Of a stretch of DNA of 64,000 nt, positions 1 to 12,679 are shown one piece after another; the first letter of the stretch is position 1; each line of letters begins with the position of its first letter. Location: assembly GCF_009914755.1 (NCBI RefSeq), contig NC_060934.1; one strand, written 5' to 3'. The stretch is from the human T2T-CHM13v2.0 reference genome, Homo sapiens. The position numbers and the translations under genes were made by a program. The notes beneath the pieces were generated by a model. The model did not search any database and was not told where the DNA came from. It saw only the letters and a list, made by a program, of their open reading frames with translations.

Positions 1-997
1 ATAATAATAAGATTTCATGGCTGGGGTGGTTGGGGAGCTGCAGAAAGCTGACTCTAGTCACTCATTGTAGGGATGTAGTCTACACAGGGTGGAGGAGGGG
101 AGGATGAGACCCTGAGGGGAAAACATGTCTTGGGGCTCAGAGTCAGGGAAGAGGCCAGACCCAGGCTGGGAGAGAAGGGAACTAGGACACCAGAGGCCCT
201 TTCTTGCTGGGGCTGTCCCTGCTCCCAGCTCTGAGGTAGCAGTGACTGCACTGTATCTCAGTGGCTTTCCCTGAGCAGGTCAGTCACAAGGCCTGGTCTC
301 TATCCGCTTCCCCACAACTACATGGGCAAGGGAAGAGGGATTTTGAGCCCGTCGCTGTAGCTTGGTTCTCCCGATTCCCACCTGTCAAGGGCAACAGCCT
401 GGGGTCTTCCTCCAGTGCCTGGAGCCACAGAGAGGAGCTCCCGCCACCCGCTGTTGGAAGGCTTTGCTAATTCCTCTACAGTGACCTGGAATCAGCTGGC
501 CTCAGCCCCGCCAGGCCTGTGGCCCGGCCCTCAGGCACCTCCCGGGGGATGCCCACACCTTTGGTTCAGCTCCTCTGCACCCCATTAAGCCTGGGTGATG
601 GGCACATATGCACTCAGCATGCCTTTCTGCAGACCACTGGGTCATTAGCAGGGATGAGAGGAGTCCCAGATGTTAGAGGAACATGGCAGTGCTTCATGGA
701 CCACCACTGGGACAGATAAACACGGGGGAGCCAGCAAGTCATTGGATGCCAGAAGACTGGCACATTGACTCCATCGTGAAAGGCGAGACTGGTGACATTG
801 GGGGGTGGCAATGGGGAGAAAGGGAAGGTACTTTTGTCTGAAGTATGGAGAGGAGGAGTGCCTACTTCTTGAAGAAAGGGAGTTGGAAATATTTCAGTTG
901 CCTTGAAGGGAGACGACTTATGCTCATCCTAGTATCCCTGATTGTGTGAATGAAACCTCTGGTTTCTGAAAGCCTAGGCTCGGCATATCCCAGGCCT

Positions 998-1197
998 TGC
1001 AGTATGGAGTAGGAGGAAGAGCCTGGGCTCCAGGGTCAGAAGTGACCTTGGACAGGGTCCTTAATGCCCCTGAGCTTTCGTTTCCTCATCTTTAAAAGGG
1101 GATAATAGCAGTCCCATTCGCAGCGGCCCCTGAGAATCACAGAAGGTGACCTGCATTCCGCAGTTAGCACAGGCTTGGTACAGAGGAGCTGCTATTA
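998..1197 (+). mobile_element. MIR SINE (diverged)
   Basis: gtgaccttggacagggtccttaatgcccctgagctttcgtttcctcatctttaaaaggggataatag resembles the MIR core (gtgaccttgggcaag...cagtttcctcatctgtaaaatggggataat); boundaries approximate. Confidence 0.75.
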
Positions 1198-2242
1198 CCC
1201 TTGTTGGCTTTAGTCCCACTTGCTCAGTCATCTGCGGCCACCCACGTTTTAAATTCTGACCTTGGTCATCTGGGAGCAGGATTTTGGCTCAAACATGAGC
1301 ATTTCCAACAAAATACTGAAATACAAGTGCTGGTTTTTGTTTTATGTTTCTAATGCCTTTTATTTGGATATAGTCTGATAGAAAATGTTACTGCCTTTTG
1401 TGCGGTACCAGATAATCAATAGCTTTGAGGAAACTAATGGGAAAATGACAGTAAATTATATACACGTAGGACTCTGAGAAAAGAAAGAACTGTTTTTGCA
1501 AAATTTAATAAAGTGTTTGCATTAGCAATGTATTCAAAATCGCCATTGCATTTGCACTGTGTGTCAATACCATAATTCGTCGCCTATTGAAAAGTTTCAA
1601 AATTTGGATCATGTGAGGATTCACCTGCTCAAGGTGTTTTCAAAGACAAAAATGAACATTGAGAAGTGACCATGCTCTTCCTCTAGTGGACATCTTGAGG
1701 ATTTGATTAATGTGAAGCAGCCCAGGCCAGCTACTATTAATTACTATTAATACATCGACTAGACCAAGAGGCCCAGGGAGTGTGTTATGCTTCGTTCAAG
1801 TAACCACAAAACTCTATTTTGTATTTTCTGAATAAAAATGAACATTGCATTTTTGGTGCCCCCTTCCCCCACCACTAGGAATGGTATGCAGTTCATTTTG
1901 GCCATGCAGGTCTGAAAATATTATCTGTGTTTGCACACAATGTTTAGAATCAGGTTTTATTAGAAGGAAATCTCTCAAGATTGGAACCTACAGAAATAAT
2001 GATGATATGTTGGTTTCTTTTACAGATCTGCACTCTATTACTCCAGGTAAAAAAATCTTGGAGATGTTTTAGCTTGATGCTTCATCTGTTGAATGAAGAA
2101 GGAAAACTGTGATCATCTTGAAAAATCTTTATTTATTCCTTTTTAAGTCTGATTCATTTATTTGTTCAAAATTTGTGAATTTAAATGTTTGAGAGGGACT
2201 AGCAAGTGATTGGCAACCAAGATTTGAAGCTCAGGAAAGAAA

Positions 2243-2480
2243 ATCATTCATTGATTTTTTTTTCATGTATCCATTCATTTCTTCAACAATCTTTCCTTGA
2301 TGAATGAGACGTGCCCCCCTACCCTGTTAGGGAGGACAGTCTGTGGATGACACAGACATCTCCATAGAGTGTACTAACCAAGGGCCCTACCAGGGAAGAG
2401 GCAACACAGGCCTGGAAGGGATCAACTCTGCGGGGTGAGGTGGAGGTGTCAGAAACGTGGTGCCTGAACTGGAGACTTTG
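2243..2480 (-). mobile_element. L2 LINE 3' fragment
   Basis: tcattcatt...cattcatttcttcaacaa tail followed by L2-like purine-rich body; very diverged. Confidence 0.5.
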
Positions 2481-2944
2481 ATTTGAGAGGTAGCTTTGTA
2501 GTGATGAGAAATATAACTGTATATGAGATCATCTTTGAGCTGAGGGTGAATAAACAAAAAAGTTGTTTAAAGCCTCAGTTGTCACCATCATGAAATTCTT
2601 CAGGTCTGAAAGAATGGAAATGTTTGAGAAAGTTCTGTCCCTCTCTCGTTTGATGATAAGATTTTTCTCTGTAGGAAAATGCCATGGTTGGTCCTAGCAG
2701 GGCCCTTGTGACATGATTATTTAGCAACACTTAAAAAATTAGAAGAGAGAGAACAGATTAGCTAGTTCCTGAAGCAACATCCCCAGGAGAGTTTGGAAAT
2801 GCATGGAATTCCCAGTGATGACTGAAGGGTCCATGGGGTATTTGCATGACCCAGGTGTTCACCTTCCTCCTCCAGACCCTTTCCTTCCTCTCGCTCTTCC
2901 TCCCTGAGTAGAGATATTTTTCTTCTTAGTGGTTTGCCATTTTT

Positions 2945-3470
2945 CCTATTTAAAAGGATGTGATCATTATAGAAAAATTTTAACCTATGGAAAAGTAGAA
3001 AGAAGGAAAGATCACAGCCCTCCACCACCCCATGGAGTAATAATGACTGTTAACATTTTGGTGTTATATTCTCCAAATCGTTTCCCAAATAATTTTCCTT
3101 TTATACATCTATGATCAGATGCTACATGCAGACAATTTTGGATCCTGCTCTTTTATTTATTTAATATCATATGATTCAACAGATTATTTACAAGTACTTC
3201 ATGATGTGGAGTTCCACAGTGTACTTAACTCTTCCCTCCCTGTGCTCCTATTGGATACAAATTATTTTTAATATTTTCTGAATGTAAATAACACTATGAG
3301 GGACATCTTTTTGTGGAAAACTCTTTCCAAATTTAGGAATTTTTTTAAAATTGAAGAATAGAAATGAAACTGCCGAGTCAGAGAGTATAAACATCATCAG
3401 TACTTGTGGTACAGGTTATCATTCACATTTCCAAAGTCCATTCCCATCAGGAATGAGGGTGCCTATTTCA
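2945..3470 (-). mobile_element. Old L1M (L1ME-like) 3' fragment
   Basis: actgttaacattttggtg, gtaaataacactatgagggacatc, gaaactgccgagtcagagagtataaac, tttccaaag...gagggtgcctattt are typical antisense L1M 3' motifs. Confidence 0.55.
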
Positions 3471-3507
3471 TAGAAACCCTGTGAACAATGGTGCTATAAT
3501 TAAAATA

Positions 3508-3559
3508 CAACCAACCAACCAACCAACCAACCAACCAACCAACCAACCAACCAACCAAC
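3508..3559. repeat. (CAAC)13 tetranucleotide microsatellite
   Basis: Perfect caaccaacc... run read directly. Confidence 0.97.
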
Positions 3560-3604
3560 TAATCAACAACAAAAAATCTTCACAGATGTGACAGATGTGT
3601 TTAT

Positions 3605-3725
3605 TAGAACTGAAGCTCCATGAAGACAGAGATATTTGTCTTCTTTTGGTTTGTTTTTTCATCAATATATCCAAGTTACCTAAAATTAGCACAGAGTAGG
3701 TGCCCCACAAATTCTTGTAGAATGG
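3605..3725 (+). mobile_element. L2 3' terminal fragment
   Basis: gaagctccatgaagacagagat...agcacagagtaggtgccccacaaattcttgtagaatg matches the L2 3' end pattern. Confidence 0.65.
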
Positions 3726-4404
3726 AATCCATTTTCCAATGTGTCCCTTGTGTAGGGGAGGAAGCGCACATGCCTCTTGCCTGATGCACTGGGATCTGGA
3801 TCAAGCCTGCCCTTTACAAGTCCTTGTTGAGGTGTAGTTCAGTTAATGCTTTATTGGGAAAACTCAAGTACAACCTCGAGTGCAACCTATGTGTCAACTC
3901 CCAGGACAACTGTTTCTGGAGCCAATTCTTACTTTCTATTCCTGGACTCATCTTGAGAACAGGTTCAGTGGAGATGCTTTCCTGGTAGATCTGAGAGGCC
4001 AGGAGACATCGTTAGAATCTTGTTGCCTGCAGAGGGAAAGACAGAGCCCTGAGGGTGGTGGATTTTAAATGCCTTCATGCCCAGGTGGCAGAGCAGGCAG
4101 ATCACTTTCTCATGGGCCTGGTCAGCCCTGCCTGGGCTTCCATCTGGGCTCAGTTACCAACACACACACTCTTTCTGGGGACCCACACACTGTGCTGGCT
4201 TGTGCTTGGCTCTCTGGTTCCCTCTGACCAACTCCCATTGGTCCTTGTAGCCTCAGCTCAGAAGTCCCATTCTTTTTGGTAAAATGTCTGCCTCCTTTGA
4301 TGGTGTCATGTGACATCCAAGCACATAGGTGCCTCCACTGTGGTCCGTATCTTGTTGAATTGTAATTGTCCAATTGTAGCTCTCAAGTCAACCTTGCATA
4401 GAAG

Positions 4405-4498
4405 ATCTGAGGACTGATTCTCTTCATTTTTGTGTCTGCATTTGGTCAGCTGCCCCCAGGTAATTCTTATGCTTGCCGAGGTTTGAGAACCATGGCTC
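4405..4498. mobile_element. MER5-type hAT-Charlie fragment
   Basis: tctgcattt...ccccaggtaattcttatgc...aggtttgagaaccatgg resembles the MER5A terminus. Confidence 0.5.
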
Positions 4499-7400
4499 TT
4501 TTTAGGGGTTAGAAAGCCACCTGGAGTCTCTGCGGGGGAGCCATCTCTCAGGAATCATAACAGATTTCAGAGAACAACGGCAGCCGTCTCTGGGCTCATC
4601 TGCACAGCAGGGCATCCACAACCATGATTTGAGCTGCTCTCCTCCCGATCACCCATAAGGAAAGGCAGAACTCACGGCAGAACTTTAAAAAAAAAAAACT
4701 TACATAAACTGTAACAGTTTTTTCTACAACAAAATGAAAATAAAGGGTAAGTTATAAATGCCGCCTCTTAATAGGACGGTGGTTAAATTGCAGCTGTACA
4801 TCATTGGCCACTATGAGAAACTACTTTCATAATTGTTTTAATTTTCTCTCTTGGTGTTATGAAGACCTTTATTACATAGAGTTCTATATTAGCACCTTTA
4901 TTTGTAATGAAATAAAGGTTGGAAGAAAATTGAGGTTAAAACATGGCCCAGCTTCTGATGGCACAAAGTAAAGTAAAACTCTCGTCTAAAATAATTAAAT
5001 ACAAGTGTAATGCTCTAAAAACCAATTATCATTCCACTCCTCTTTCCTTTCATTTGAGCTCTTCACCTTCCTCCTGTGCGTTTCCCGAACTTGGAATTTA
5101 TGCATGTTGTTATGTTATAGATGTAACATAGATAAAAGTTCTGTCACTTGATGTTTCCATTTTCAGGATGAGTATTTGCTCATGAATCCCTAGATTTTTT
5201 CCCAAGTTATGGTAAAGAAGGTTTGCTCTTTACTGAAAGACAAAAAAAGTTTTTCCATTGAAAAAACTAAATTTTCAAAGATTATTCTTTCTTTTAGCAG
5301 TCAAAATCAGCAGATGATTCAATGTCATAGATTTAAAAAAATCTTTATTTTTTTCATTTTCTGTAGAAAAATTGTATATTGCATTGCATTTTTCTTTGAA
5401 ATTCATTTGCAGTTGGGAATAGAGCAACACATCCAATATTTGTGCATGTGTCGTGGTGGGGGGATCTGGTCAAATTTTCAAAACAAGTCTCCTTTTTGGA
5501 ATAAAAGTCAAGGGAAACATTATTAAAGAAACATTTCTCTACCAGACAGGCATCAGGTTGTGGCAATCATTTAGAAGCTGTTTTGTCATCACACGAGATA
5601 ATGTTTTTTTTTTTGTTACTTTGAATCTTCTGTGAGTCCTGGACTTGACCACAGATCAGCAAAAATCCTGCTCTGGCCTGTGGGAAGGTTGCAGAGAAAC
5701 AACCTCTGCATCCCCCAAATGGAGTGGATGAATATTGGAACCACAGAGAAACTAAGATACGGGAGATCATTATTTGAGGTCAGGAGGTTTCCTGCTAAAA
5801 ACCTTCCTTTTAAACCCAAGGGGAATGGACCAAAGCATTTTTATCAGAAGGCTCTGGAGCCAGGCACATGCTTTGACTGCTGGCGCAAGGCTTTTGACCT
5901 GTGAAATTCCAGAGCCAGCGTTTGAACTGAGGCTTTAAGGAGACAAGTGGAGACCGCATGTGCTGGTGAGGGTGAATTTTTAAAAAGTCGTGTGTCTTTT
6001 TCAGCGCATTGTAGAAGGGGCTCCTGGCTCTTATAAACCATGTTACATTTCAAAGTGGTTGGCATCAGGAAGCCTTCCTTCTGACAAACTTGAGTTAGAG
6101 GCTCTGCTGTTTTTGCTAAACAGCCAAATAGCAGCCAAACCAAAGTCAGGTGATGACCTGAATAATATTGTGTATGAATTAGTACACAAAGTGTGACCTG
6201 AGTGTCTTGGTACCTGTAAATGGATTCTAACCCTATTCCATAGGAGGCGTCTAAAGACAGCTTTGAGCGGAGGAGGTTCCCTTTGGGACAAAGATCTACC
6301 AAGGAGGCAGCTTTCAAAAGGGAAAACACTTATTCAGATGTATAAGCTTGTAAGTGTTTTTAAAAATTAAAATCTCACGACTCTGCAGCATGCCTCAGTT
6401 AGTTTGCCTTCTCCCAGTCGGCACCTACATATATCACATAAACAAAGACCAAATGGGACTCACTGTAATTTTTTCTGGTTACGAATTAATAGGATTGCAG
6501 GTTTGTTATGAATATGAATGGAAGAAATGACTAGACTCCTGATCAAACATCAGATCAATTACTCGTTTGTTTCCCATTGATCTGGTGGCTGTAGAGGTTG
6601 GGTGTGGGTCTCATCCCACCAGCGGCTTTCTATTAAGTAAAGTTGCAGCGAGGGGAGAGGCTCTACCCTTGTCATGCTTACGTCTTGTCCCTGCTGCCTC
6701 TTCCCTCACGTTTAGCATCATGAGGCCAATTCCTGTCTTGAAGAAAGACTGTTTCCAAATTCAGGAAATGGAATTTTGAGGCCAGCACGGATCCTATGCA
6801 ACTTTCACTAAATCTTTTCCTCGTTCATCCTGAGCAACGGTGTGCTGCTGTGGGGAACACATGTTTACAACTCAGTCTTAAGAACCAGGTGAAGTCTGGT
6901 GCTCTCGGAATGCATGTGAACAGTTGTCACAGAGGCTGCTGCACCTGGCTCCATTTTGGGATGCCTGAAGCCAATTTTGGATTGCTAAATGATATTTAAA
7001 TTTCACTTTATCTTTTAATCCAGAGCATTTTTGCGGATCTGATGGCCTGCTTGTGATGTGTGTGTATGGCATGAAAAATAGGAGGTCTTCCTTTTAGTTT
7101 TTTTTGCTTTATAACTTATCTTGGCATTTTAGAGATTCATAATCTTTTCATGATTTCAGGGGATTCATATTGGGCAAAGATGGCACAGAATGATCAGGGC
7201 TTGATTGACCTTTGATAGTTCGATGATTGTGGGGTATCAATAAATGCTGTGATTAGGGCCTGTGAACACAGGGCTACTCCTGACTCTCTTATTTGCTGGC
7301 CATTCAATGGGACAAGAAAATGTGGAGTGGGCACTGTGTGTGAGTAGCCCAGCTGACCCCGTAGATTTGGTTTGAACAAAACAGCAGGCAGAGAGGGAGG

Positions 7401-9189
7401 TTGGGAAACCTCTAGGGGAAATTTTGTGACTCACATCCTTTGTGAGTCTTTGTTGGTGTGTTCTGTGATTGGATTAGGAGGAACTCACCATGTTACAGGG
7501 AGTTCTAGGGTCTTGTTTACAGGATGGGTGGTTTGCCTTCTAGGATTTTCTCCCTGACCTGCTTCTCCTGCTGCTGTATGTGCATCCTTTTTCTGCAAAC
7601 GGTGATGTCTCTGCCTTCCAGGATTTCACCTTTTTGTCCTCAACAGTGAGATCCACCAAATTACACCGTTGTGTGGGCATTTGTCTGTTTACTATAATGA
7701 AGACAACCGGCTTTCTAATTGTCTATTAAATGGTCTATTAAATAGTGTCATAGCTAGAGGGACCTCAGCACAAATAATTCAGCTTCTTAATGCTTCACAA
7801 ACTCCCTCTTCTCACACTCTTTTTAGCACTTTTTGAGAAGATAGCTGAAAGCATTCTTTCTTCTTTTTAAAAATTATTTTACCCTGAAGCTATTCTAGTG
7901 ATTTTTTCCCTGGGATCCAGATCTCCGTCTCCTCATGTCTCCTTTGCCTTTCCATGGCCAGTGTCTGCAGAGTCATGTGCCTCTGTCCTCTGTTGACACC
8001 ATGGCTTTTCCTCCTGGCTTATGTCCTGTCTGCATAACCGGGATTGCTCCAGCTACTCCTGGGTCCCCCTGAATCCTGGGCTCCCTTCCTGGCCACGTCA
8101 TCTTGCCCAACTTCATCTTTTTTGTTTGTCACTTTGCCACCTTGAACTCCATGCTCCATGCTTAGCTGGACGTTCTCTAAGTGTTTATTCCACAGGCTCG
8201 ATATTTGCTCTGCCACGCTCATGGCTGTTCTGTGCTCTCAGCTGCAAACAGGAAGTTTATATAGAGGCCTGTTTTATATTTATCGAGTCCCTGAATATTA
8301 GCACTTAGAAGAGATCTTAGAAGCCTCTTCCTCCAGTCAGTCCCCAAAAGGAGCATGTGCTCTGCTGGTGCACACAATGTACTTTTAGGTGATATGCAGA
8401 TTTATTTTAGAAATTAATAATTAGGAACCTGTTTTGTTGCTTAGAAGTAAAACTAGCTCATCACTTTCATGACTTCCTACCTGAGGGTAAAATAGAGAGG
8501 ATGAGGCTAAAATTGATTTTTTATTTAAAAAATGGTAAGCACATTTAGGGGAAAATATTTAGCAAATAATATTAAGTGGATTCACCACAAATTATGAAGG
8601 TGGTGGAGGGATGACCAAGTGGCCAGAGCAGCCACCAAATCCACCAGCCCCTCATTCTACGATGAGGGAAAGTGGGGCCTGGGAGGGCAGGGGCTCCTTT
8701 ACGAGGAACTGCACCCTCAGGAATATGTTTTGTGGACCCCTGAGAGATGAGGGTTGCTGCGTCGTGGGGCCCCAGGGGCCATCGCTCAAGTTGATTTCTG
8801 GGGACAAGGAGCTGCCTGGAGCTGTGCAATGTGGGGCCCCACTAGGGGATCCCTGGGCATCCTGGTGGGTTCATGAGGCTGCTGGGGCCTAGACCCAGGC
8901 CTCCTGCATGAAGCCAGCAGCCTTCCTGGGAGAACATCTGGGTGTCCTTCTGCCCTGCAGAGAATGCCAGGGATAGGAGTAGGTTCTGGATGTCCTGGTC
9001 CACTGAGATGCCACTGTTCTGTTTTCACAAGCATCTCTTATTTCTCTTGCCATTCAGTGTCACCCATTCTTCCATGTGACAAGATGGTTTACAGAGACAT
9101 TCCCTCATATTTGGCTTCCATTTCGCCCCTTCTAAACTTCTTGTTCACTGAATCAGCCAGGATGTACTACACCCTGTCGGCAACCTCAC

Positions 9190-9667
9190 CGCTGGGCTTC
9201 TTTCTTGCTAACAGAACCCTGACTTTTCTGGGGCCAGCTCTGGAGGGTAAACATGGTCTGTGTAAGCCCTTCCTTGCTGTTTTGTTCTCCTTTGCTTGTG
9301 ATTGACTTTGAGGTTGTCATGCAGTCCAGTTCTGGCCAGCAAGACCTATGAGAAGTCTTCTAGGGGCTTCCAGGAAGTGTTCCCTTATTAAAGAGAGGGG
9401 AATGAGAAGAAATTCCTTTTGGCTGGGGACATTTTTGTGTAAGGTGCAATGTGTGGCACTGCTGCCGCCATTTTGTCACCATGTGGGAAGACGTGGCGAC
9501 TCCCTGAAGATGAATGAGGAGGTATTGAAGGAGCCTGGGTCTTCAGACACTATTGAGCCAGAGCCCTGAGAATTCCTGTCTCTGGAGATCTTGTTAGACA
9601 AGATAATGCTTTTATTACTTGCATCACTATTTTTTTTTTTTGGCTAAAAGTCTTCTAAATGATCCAT
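9190..9667 (+). mobile_element. MLT1 (old MaLR, MLT1J/K/L-like) LTR
   Basis: cttgctaacagaaccctga, cagttctggccagcaagac, gccgccattttgtcaccatg, gaaggagcctgggtcttc...ttgagcc motifs. Confidence 0.65.
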
Positions 9668-10737
9668 AGACCCTTTACTTTCCCATGCCCTAGAAATTGT
9701 TTTGTTCTGCCCAAGGGAAATATTGGCTGCAGACTCTACTCATCCTGGTTTTTGTTTTCCAAAACTTGCACTCCTAAACAGTTTATCCTGGGGGAGTAGT
9801 TTCCTGACAGAGACTTCCTGACAAAGGTGCCAGTTCCTCAGAGGTGGAGGTCTCTGTGGTGCTCTCAGATAGGCTGGTGCCTGGCCCTGAGGCTTCCAAC
9901 CACACCAGGACTCCTGCCCCCAAACTTGCCTGCAGGGAACCACTGGGACTTGCATGATAAGGCTTTCTGTGAAGCCTGTGATGGGCTGGAGGTAGGAGGC
10001 CTTTGCCCATTCTTTGTGTACCATAGAAGCCCCTTGTGCTCTTACGTGAACTAAAAGAAGGGTAGACACAAGTAATGCCTGAGATGTTTTCCTACCAGCT
10101 TAGTGGGAGGATACTTGAACTGGGATTTCACTGGACATTAGGGAAATACTGAGTCCATGGAGAAAGGTGTATTCCTGTACCATACAGTGCAGGTTGCCAT
10201 GCTCCTTGTCCAAAATTTGTCTTGTCTTCAAGCTGACTTCTCCTGAGAGTGTGCTCCAAAGAGGAGGATCAAGGGGCACTGGCCAAAGACAATTTAGGGT
10301 CTGAGGAGCCACAACACATTTTGTGATGATCACGCATCCTTTGCCTTTTCTTCTGATGAAATTGCCGTGGGGAGTTGCCCAAGTCATGCAACATCAGGAA
10401 CTTCCTTCCAGTAAGAGCTTCAAGGGTAAAGCCTTTATCAGCCTTTTGTTTTGTATTATGATACCATTTGTTACAAGCTGTATTTTGAGTGGTGTTAATT
10501 CAGCATTTTAAGATGTTACTGTGGCATCCACTGATGGGTGAGCAGTTGGGATAGAACAGCAATTGCTATACTTTCCTTATTCTGCAGTGTCTTTCTCATA
10601 TTATATTTATAGCAATTCATGATCTAATATTTTACTCCAAATAATTTATTTTGTTTGTTTGTTTTGTTTTTGGATGAAATTTAACAGCACTGCAAGAGTT
10701 TCCTTTCCTTAGCCACATTAAAAAAAAATAAGCTTTA

Positions 10738-11322
<585 letters not shown>

Positions 11323-12679
11323 ACTGAGTCACATGTAATTTTATTTTTGAGATAGTTGTTCCTCTTTTCTCATTCTGTTTTTTAGCATACGCTATCAGTC
11401 ACATATCACGTGCATCTTGTGGCCTTCCAGCCACAAAATTGTCATTTCTGTCATTGAATATAGAAGTCATATCAGATAACATCTCTTTAATGAAGTTCCC
11501 AACTTCTATATATTATTTGCAATGCTGGTAAAATTTTGACAAAATTTGAAGACAGTCTGGGCCTTGTGCCAGATCTCCAATGTAGCTTCAAAGTAAAATT
11601 TGGTGAAAAATATTCCCCAAGGAGCAGTATGGAAGGGAATATGTATAAACCCTCATGAGTTAAAGCGTTTTTTTCTCTACATACAAATTTGTACATTTCC
11701 ATATTCCTTTTTGTTTATGGGCCCAAAGGTTATAAGGGAAATGGATTTGTATTTTTATTTTTTCCTGTGAAAAGATGAGCAATTGCTGCCTTTAAAATTC
11801 TTAATATTCATAGACCTTTACATATGATTGTCTAAGTAATCCAGTTGGGAAACTAATTGCTTGATCTCGTAAGTTTCCAAGTCCAAGGCATGGAAGGGAC
11901 GTCAGGACGTAGTTCTGTTTGATGATATCTTGAGATAGACTCACTCTTGGATTGGTTTTAGGCACCAGAAGTGTTATTGTGTGCCATTGGTGAAGGCTGG
12001 CTTTGCTGTGTGATATTACACATTTTCACTTATGCTGTGTCCACATTTGGTTTCTTAAAATTATAGAACAAAATTACAAAGTGAAAAAATGGTCTATAAT
12101 CAACTATCTTGTCTTTGTGACACCTTGTCTGACCTGGCAGATCCTTTTTTCCCTGAGTTGTCTGCACTTTCTTACAGGCACATATGTACTTATTACTTCA
12201 ACATCCTGCAGAAGCCTCTCTAGGTAGCACTTGGTAATGGGAGTCCAAGTCAGGCTCATCCTGACGGATACAAGTAACAGTACCAGCTGCCACATTTGAG
12301 CATTGCTATGTTATTTAAAAAAATGTGTGTATATACTAATTTGCCCCCAACTTTGTGAATTTTTTTTCTCAACTTACATTCTCTTAAGACATAGATGTAA
12401 TGCACACACACAGAGTATTTGCTCTAGGGCAGGTTAGCATCTATCTTCCTGCCTCTGGAAACCTGGTTCAAAATCCACTTCCTTCTTTGAGCTTTCTCGA
12501 CCTCCCTGTTTGGACACAGCTTATCCCTTGTCAAGCTCTCTGCAGCACGTAAAGTCTGATCTCCGCCTTTCTCACATTTCACAGACTGCTTTGCTGTGTT
12601 CCCTATTTTTCTCCAGGTGTAGTCCCCCCTCTCCACCTCCCAGCCCCACATCTTAGATTGCAAGATTGCAGCAAAAGCT

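Noticed and set aside
1033-1048. GGGTCA-gaag-TGACCT as an estrogen response element
   Set aside because: The spacer is 4 nt rather than 3 and the site lies in a deleted MIR
7721-7745. gtctattaaat x2 as MEF2 sites
   Set aside because: CTA-W5-TAG does not fit the 10-bp YTAWWWWTAR consensus; simple 12-bp slippage duplication
8340-8620. Possible hAT/MER transposon remnant
   Set aside because: Resemblance too weak to assign family or boundaries by eye
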